DNA of 51,087 nucleotides from Muriicola sp. (lineage in GTDB: Bacteria > Bacteroidota > Bacteroidia > Flavobacteriales > Flavobacteriaceae): the NCBI RefSeq assembly GCF_041567615.1, contig NZ_JBFGBM010000001.1, positions 1-51,087 of the forward strand. Direction: 5' to 3'. Of the stretch, positions 46,230 through 51,087 are shown piece after piece. The notes below the pieces were generated by a model. That model was not told the origin of the DNA, did not search any database, and saw nothing but the letters and a program-made list of their open reading frames with translations. Numbering within the stretch: the first letter of the stretch is position 1; each line of letters starts with the position of its first letter. A program made the translations under genes and the position numbers.

Positions 46230-49076
46230 TCAATGGCTAAGGGCCGGGTCCAATTCTCTTTTCAAAAATTGTGCGGTGTAACTCTTGGCATCGGCCGCCA
46301 CTTCTTCCGGTGTGCCTTCAGCCACGATCATTCCGCCTCCTCTTCCCCCTTCATACCCGATATCGATGATATGGTCTGTCATTTTGATCACGTCCATATT
46401 GTGTTCGATGATCAGGATGGTATTCCCCTTGTCGACCAGCCGGTTAAGCACATCCATCAGGACCCGGATATCTTCAAAATGCAGGCCTGTAGTGGGTTCA
46501 TCCAGTATATAAAATGTATTCCCTGTATCCCTTTTGGACAATTCTGTGGCCAGTTTCACCCGCTGGGCTTCACCTCCCGACAGGGTGGTGGACTGCTGCC
46601 CCAGGGAGATATATCCTAATCCTACATCCTGTATCGTCTTGAGTTTTCTGTAGATCTTGGGAATGTTCTCAAAGAAATCCACGGCCTCGTCAATGGTCAT
46701 GTCAAGCACATCGGCAATGGATTTTCCCTTGTAACGGATCTCCAGGGTTTCCCTGTTAAAACGTTTCCCGTTGCAGGTCTCACATTCCACATAGACATCG
46801 GGCAGGAAGTTCATCTCGATCACCCGGAGGCCTCCTCCCTGGCAGGTTTCGCATCGACCTCCCTTGACATTAAAACTAAACCTCCCAGGTTTATACCCGC
46901 GAATAGCCGCTTCCGGAGTTTTTGTAAACAGAGATCTGATCTCACTGAACACTCCTGTGTAAGTGGCCGGATTGGACCTCGGGGTCCTGCCGATAGGCGA
47001 CTGGTTGATGTCGATGACCTTGTCGATATGTTCCAGCCCTTTTATCCTTTTATACGGCATAGGTTTCTTCACCCCGTTGAAATAGTGGGCATTCATGATG
47101 GGGTAGAGGGTCTCATTCACCAGGGTCGATTTTCCGCTCCCAGATACGCCGGTCACGCCTATCATTTTTCCCAGGGGAAAGGAAACTGAAATATTTTTCA
47201 GGTTATTGCCTGTACAACCTTCCAGTACGATCTGTTTTCCATTGCCCTCCCTTCTTCGCTTGGGGATGGGAATCTCCCTCTTCCCCGTCAGGTAGTCGGC
47301 TGTGAGCGTGTCGTGCTGTTTCAGTTCTGCGGGTATGCCTTCCGATATGATCTCCCCTCCGTGCTTTCCGGCCCTGGGACCTATGTCGATCACATGGTCT
47401 GCATTTTCTATCATGTCCTTATCGTGTTCCACGACGATAATGGAATTCCCTATATCCCTGAGAGACAGCAAGGACCTGATCAGTCTTCCATTATCCCTCT
47501 GGTGCAGGCCGATACTCGGTTCGTCAAGGATGTAGAGCACGCCGACCAGTTGTGAACCGATTTGGGTGGCCAGTCGTATCCGCTGGGCTTCCCCTCCGGA
47601 AAGGGATTTTGAAGGCCTGTTCAGGGAGAGGTAATCCAGTCCTACATCCAGGAGGAACTGAACCCGACTCCTGATCTCTTTGATGATCTCTTCGGCGATG
47701 ATCTTCTGGTTTCCACTCAGGGTCTTTTCAAGGTTTTCAAAGAATGCAGCCAACTCGGCTATGTCCATTGCCGCGAGCTCGGCTATGTTCTTTTCTCCAA
47801 TCCTGAAATTCAGGGATGCTTTTTGGAGGCGTGTCCCATGACATTCCGGGCACCGGATCTTGTCCATGTAATCCTTGGCCCATCTCTTGATGGAAGTGGA
47901 ATCCGAACTGTTGAACTGATTCCTGATAAAATGAGCGATCCCCTCGTAATCGATGGTGTAATCCCTCCTGACCCCCAGTGATTTGGAATCCACCACAAAG
48001 CGTTCCTGACCCCCGTAAAGAATAACTTCCATGGCTTCTGCCGGTATTTTGGAAATGGGGTCTTTCAGGTCGAATTCATAGCGCTTTGCTATGGTCTCCA
48101 GTTGTTTAAAAGCCCAGGATTTCTTGTATTCTCCCAGGGGGGCGATACCGCCGGCAGCGATGGACAGCTTCCTGTCCGGGAAGATCTTTTGTTCATTGAT
48201 CTGATAAGTGTGACCCAGCCCGTTGCATTCCTCACACATGCCTTTGGGGGAATTGAAAGAAAACGTATTGGGTTCAGGGGTAGGGTAGGAGATGCCTGTG
48301 GTAGGACACATGAGGTCTCTGCTGAAATACCTGGGCTCGCTATCCCCTTCGGCAAGGACCATCAGGGTGTCGTTGCCGCTGTACATGGCTGTATTGATGG
48401 ATTCCGAAAGCCTTTTTTCCAACTCTGGATTATCGGTAACAGCCAGCCGGTCTACCACGATCTCAATGTCGTGTGTCTTGTACCGATCGACCTTCATACC
48501 CTTGCGCAGATCCTGCAGTTCACCGTCTACGCGAACCTTGACAAACCCCTGTTTGGCGATCTGCTCAAAGAGTTCCCGGTAATGTCCTTTTCTCGATTTA
48601 ACAACGGGGGCCAGGATATTGATCCGTTTTCCCGAAAAGGAGGTAAGGATGAGTTCGCGGATTTGCTCATCGGAATAACTGACCATCTTTTCACCTGTCT
48701 TGTAACTGTAGGCGTCTGCAGCCCTGGCATAAAGCAGCCTTAAAAAATCGTAGACCTCGGTGATCGTACCCACGGTGGACCGCGGGGATTTGGAAGTGGT
48801 CTTCTGTTCGATGGCGATCACTGGCGACAGACCATCGATCTTATCCACATCGGGCCTTTCCAGACCTCCCAGGAACTGCCTCGCATAGGCCGAAAAGGTC
48901 TCGATGTAGCGCCTCTGGCCTTCCGCGTAGATGGTATCGAAAGCAAGGGAGGACTTTCCACTGCCGGAAAGACCGGTTATGACCACCAGTTTTTCCCTGG
49001 GGATGCTTACATCAATGTCCTTGAGATTGTGAACACGGGCACCTTTTACTTCTATGTGTTCTTCGAATTTCGTCAT
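46230..49076 (-). CDS. uvrA: Excinuclease ABC subunit A
   Basis: GARVHNLK, GLSGSGKSSLAFDTIYAEGQRRY, two LSGGEAQR, GVSGSGKS and Zn fingers. ATG at 49076. Confidence 0.97.
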   Translation of the reverse strand: MTKFEEHIEVKGARVHNLKDIDVSIPREKLVVITGLSGSGKSSLAFDTIYAEGQRRYIETFSAYARQFLGGLERPDVDKIDGLSPVIAIEQKTTSKSPRSTVGTITEVYDFLRLLYARAADAYSYKTGEKMVSYSDEQIRELILTSFSGKRINILAPVVKSRKGHYRELFEQIAKQGFVKVRVDGELQDLRKGMKVDRYKTHDIEIVVDRLAVTDNPELEKRLSESINTAMYSGNDTLMVLAEGDSEPRYFSRDLMCPTTGISYPTPEPNTFSFNSPKGMCEECNGLGHTYQINEQKIFPDRKLSIAAGGIAPLGEYKKSWAFKQLETIAKRYEFDLKDPISKIPAEAMEVILYGGQERFVVDSKSLGVRRDYTIDYEGIAHFIRNQFNSSDSTSIKRWAKDYMDKIRCPECHGTRLQKASLNFRIGEKNIAELAAMDIAELAAFFENLEKTLSGNQKIIAEEIIKEIRSRVQFLLDVGLDYLSLNRPSKSLSGGEAQRIRLATQIGSQLVGVLYILDEPSIGLHQRDNGRLIRSLLSLRDIGNSIIVVEHDKDMIENADHVIDIGPRAGKHGGEIISEGIPAELKQHDTLTADYLTGKREIPIPKRRREGNGKQIVLEGCTGNNLKNISVSFPLGKMIGVTGVSGSGKSTLVNETLYPIMNAHYFNGVKKPMPYKRIKGLEHIDKVIDINQSPIGRTPRSNPATYTGVFSEIRSLFTKTPEAAIRGYKPGRFSFNVKGGRCETCQGGGLRVIEMNFLPDVYVECETCNGKRFNRETLEIRYKGKSIADVLDMTIDEAVDFFENIPKIYRKLKTIQDVGLGYISLGQQSTTLSGGEAQRVKLATELSKRDTGNTFYILDEPTTGLHFEDIRVLMDVLNRLVDKGNTILIIEHNMDVIKMTDHIIDIGYEGGRGGGMIVAEGTPEEVAADAKSYTAQFLKRELDPALSH

Positions 49077-49093
49077 GCAAAGAGGCAAAGTGG

Positions 49094-49101
49094 CAAAGGT
49101 A
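49094..49101 (-). promoter_or_regulatory. Bacteroidota -7 element (TACCTTTG) for uvrA
   Basis: Plus strand CAAAGGTA, 17 bp upstream of the uvrA ATG. Confidence 0.55.
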
Positions 49102-49229
49102 CTCTTTTGATTCCTAAAAATGAAGTGAGTACAGCCCCCTCCATGTTAATTCCATTTTAATTTAAGAGGGTTTGACATGACTAAATCTTTAATCATTTCA
49201 TTGATCAAATCACTCATGCTTTCATGACA

Positions 49230-49925
49230 TCAAGCAACAGCCGCAGAGGCTTTAGACTCTTCGTTATGAAACAGGAAAGGAAATTTTGAAGTTCCTGATG
49301 GTACTGAATTAATATTCTCCTCTTTCAGGAATTCAGGCCGGAAGGGTACGAAGGCAATGCTGCCATTACAGTGGTGAAGCCCGTATTTCCTCCTCATATC
49401 AAAAATGTACCATTCACTATTTCGGAACCGGGTCCTCATGCGTTTAGAGATCAGAGGAAGAATGTTGTGCCTGGGTTTAATAAAACGAATGGCGGGTGTT
49501 TCAGGCTCCTGATGACCTGTCAACTTACGCTCTGTTTGGATTTTTTCCTTTTCGACATCCGCAGCCAGGTTAAAAATTTCATGAAAACGGGTATCGTACA
49601 TGATATTCCTTTTAGTGTCTCTGTTTTTTCTCCAGGAATAATAAAAATCCAAGAGGGTTTTTTCCAGATTCCTTTCCTTACTCATAAAGGCAAAATACAG
49701 GGTCTTCAGGGCGCTGTAATTGTCAACCCTCAATTGCTCCCACAAGATCCTCGCGTGTTTCAGGCGGGTTTCGATAAAGCTGGGATCGGGAAACAGGGCA
49801 TCTTCCGTTTTTTCTTTCTTCTTTAGTATTTCTACAGCCAAACCGCGTTGCTCGATGTCATAAAGTACAGTAAGAAAACCGTTAAAACTACCGTCGTAAA
49901 AGTGAACTGCTGCTTCGGAATCCAT
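49230..49925 (-). CDS. Divergent DUF4130 / TIGR03915-like putative DNA-metabolism protein
   Basis: FYDGSFNGFLT, V.KE, IKPRHNILPLI....RF....WYIFD.RRKYGL motifs. ATG at 49925 preferred because the ORF-track extension runs through the promoter/operator region. Confidence 0.72.
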   Translation of the reverse strand: MDSEAAVHFYDGSFNGFLTVLYDIEQRGLAVEILKKKEKTEDALFPDPSFIETRLKHARILWEQLRVDNYSALKTLYFAFMSKERNLEKTLLDFYYSWRKNRDTKRNIMYDTRFHEIFNLAADVEKEKIQTERKLTGHQEPETPAIRFIKPRHNILPLISKRMRTRFRNSEWYIFDMRRKYGLHHCNGSIAFVPFRPEFLKEENINSVPSGTSKFPFLFHNEESKASAAVA

Positions 49926-49959
49926 ATCCTTTATATTTGTTTTCAGGTGGCCCTGAGTT

Positions 49960-50029
49960 GTACATATTCCAAATATATGGATATATTCCATAATATGGAA
50001 ATATTCCTAATATATTTTGGATATTATCC
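49960..50029. promoter_or_regulatory. Array of GGA-N5-TCC palindromic operators (candidate Bacteroidota SOS boxes)
   Basis: GGATATATTCC at 49979-49989, GGAAATATTCC at 49997-50007, GGATATTATCC at 50019-50029, and a one-mismatch GTACATATTCC at 49960-49970. Confidence 0.8.
49970..49977 (-). promoter_or_regulatory. -7 element (TATATTTG) for the DUF4130 gene
   Basis: Plus strand CAAATATA, located between two operator boxes. Confidence 0.6.
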
Positions 50030-50045
50030 AAATTTCTTATCTTTG
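50016..50045 (+). promoter_or_regulatory. Promoter for the LexA-like gene: -33 TTTG (50016-50019) and -7 TATCTTTG (50038-50045)
   Basis: Both Bacteroidota consensus elements are present with an 18-bp spacer, which the 50019-50029 operator occupies. Confidence 0.62.
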
Positions 50046-50084
50046 ATCAGAGGAGTTATTGATTAATGTCCAAATTCAGGCACA

Positions 50085-50837
50085 ATGGAAAATGAATTGA
50101 CTATCAAAAGGTTTACTGATCTCAGGAGGGAACTGGGGTATACTCAGGCCGAATTCGCTGCCCTGATCGGGGTATCCAGTACCACGGCAGATATTGAAAG
50201 AGGGAGGACAAAACTTTCCGGCAAGGTTGTAGCGGCCCTGTTGAAACAGTTTAAGGTGAATCCACTGTGGTTGTACGGGGAAAGCGAGCAACAATATATT
50301 GAAGCCTCCGGTACCAGTGTGATCCCCAAGGTGGTCACGGTAGATTCCTCTGACAGGGAGAACATGGTCCTTGTCAATGCAAAAGCCGCAGCCGGATATC
50401 CTCAGAACATACATGATACCAGCTGGTACCGACAGCTACCTGCCTTTGATCTTCCCATCCCGGAATTCCGCAATGCCACCTACAGGGGTTTCCAGGTAGA
50501 AGGAGACAGTATGCTCCCCAACCTGAAACCGGGTGAATGGGTGCTTGCACGGGCTGTGGAAGACCTCAGTGATATCAATTCCAATAAGATATACGTAGTG
50601 GTCCTGCAGGATTCAGTGATGGTGAAAAAGATCGAAAGGCCTCCGAATTCCAATAAGATCCTGTTGATCTCCCTGAACGAATCCTATCCACCTTATGAAA
50701 TAGAACCCTATCAAATACAGGAGGTTTGGCAGGTGAGCAGCAAGATTACGTTCGGGGTTGATGCGACCACTGAGAACGGCCTCCTGCGTCAGCTACAACA
50801 ATCCATGGAAGAATTGAAAAAACAATTAAAGGCCTAG
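50085..50837 (+). CDS. XRE-HTH / S24 peptidase repressor (non-canonical LexA-like)
   Basis: N-terminal XRE HTH (RRELGYTQAEFAALIG...ERGR); Ala-Gly cleavage site (AAAGY); catalytic Ser (VEGDSM) and Lys (VMVKKI); LISLN..YPP. Confidence 0.88.
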   Translation: MENELTIKRFTDLRRELGYTQAEFAALIGVSSTTADIERGRTKLSGKVVAALLKQFKVNPLWLYGESEQQYIEASGTSVIPKVVTVDSSDRENMVLVNAKAAAGYPQNIHDTSWYRQLPAFDLPIPEFRNATYRGFQVEGDSMLPNLKPGEWVLARAVEDLSDINSNKIYVVVLQDSVMVKKIERPPNSNKILLISLNESYPPYEIEPYQIQEVWQVSSKITFGVDATTENGLLRQLQQSMEELKKQLKA

Positions 50838-50838
50838 G

Positions 50839-51087
50839 CTATCTGGCAGCGGAAACATCTCCCAAATCCAAAGTCAAAGGGCCTACCTTGTGAAATTGGG
50901 GTAACCATACCCCGTTCTCTGTCTTCTGCCAACCTTCCCAGGTGGCTGACAAGCCTTTCAGGGGAAGTATCTGAACCCACATTCTGAATTTTACCGGAAA
51001 CAACTCATCATTCAATTCCCACAAGTAGGAGTCTCCCGGTGTATCTCCTCCCTGGGTATAGGTGACCAGCAACCCGGTCTTGCCATC
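50839..51087 (-). CDS. Hypothetical protein (5'-partial; runs off the window end)
   Basis: Frame is open to the window edge (DGKTGLLVTYTQGGDTPGDSYLW...MWVQILPLKG..ATW..W). Confidence 0.7.
   Translation of the reverse strand, partial: DGKTGLLVTYTQGGDTPGDSYLWELNDELFPVKFRMWVQILPLKGLSATWEGWQKTENGVWLPQFHKVGPLTLDLGDVSAAR

Noticed and set aside
49960-50029. CRISPR-like or tandem-repeat reading of this array (and of 4181-4255)
   Set aside because: Units are 6-12 bp with 18-22 bp periodicity, far too short for repeat-spacer arrays, and there are no cas genes.
50085-50837. Prophage CI repressor marking a prophage edge
   Set aside because: No integrase, cro or phage genes adjacent; the neighbours are DNA-repair and conserved hypothetical genes.

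Overview
Densely coding core chromosome of a Bacteroidota bacterium. Gene content, gene order and TAnnTTTG promoter elements suggest Flavobacteriaceae (inference). Contents: a partial ABC permease, a Tat-signal aminotransferase, an Nramp-like transporter with pxpABC, ilvDBNC-gapN converging on leuCD-cimA-leuB, recG, peptidases, two MotB/OmpA-like proteins, uvrD/pcrA, holA, a kinase/phospho-lyase fusion, a fused 2-oxoacid dehydrogenase E1, a LOG protein, uvrA, and a divergent DUF4130 / XRE-S24 (LexA-like) pair. I saw no rRNA, tRNA, CRISPR array, IS or prophage. Four signals stand out. (1) An array of GGA-N5-TCC operator palindromes is interleaved with back-to-back promoters between the LexA-like repressor and an orphan, degenerate DUF4130 gene next to uvrA. 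(2) Two otherwise intact genes, uvrD (TAG) and a GT2 glycosyltransferase (TGA), are each broken by one in-frame stop about 3 kb apart. (3) Short, sharply A/T-ending codon patches occur inside ilvN and cimA. (4) A phased GAYGAA direct-repeat array lies upstream of a Zn-finger/DUF559-like gene. I cannot demonstrate a wholly new system from sequence alone. All family assignments come from motif recognition, not database searches.
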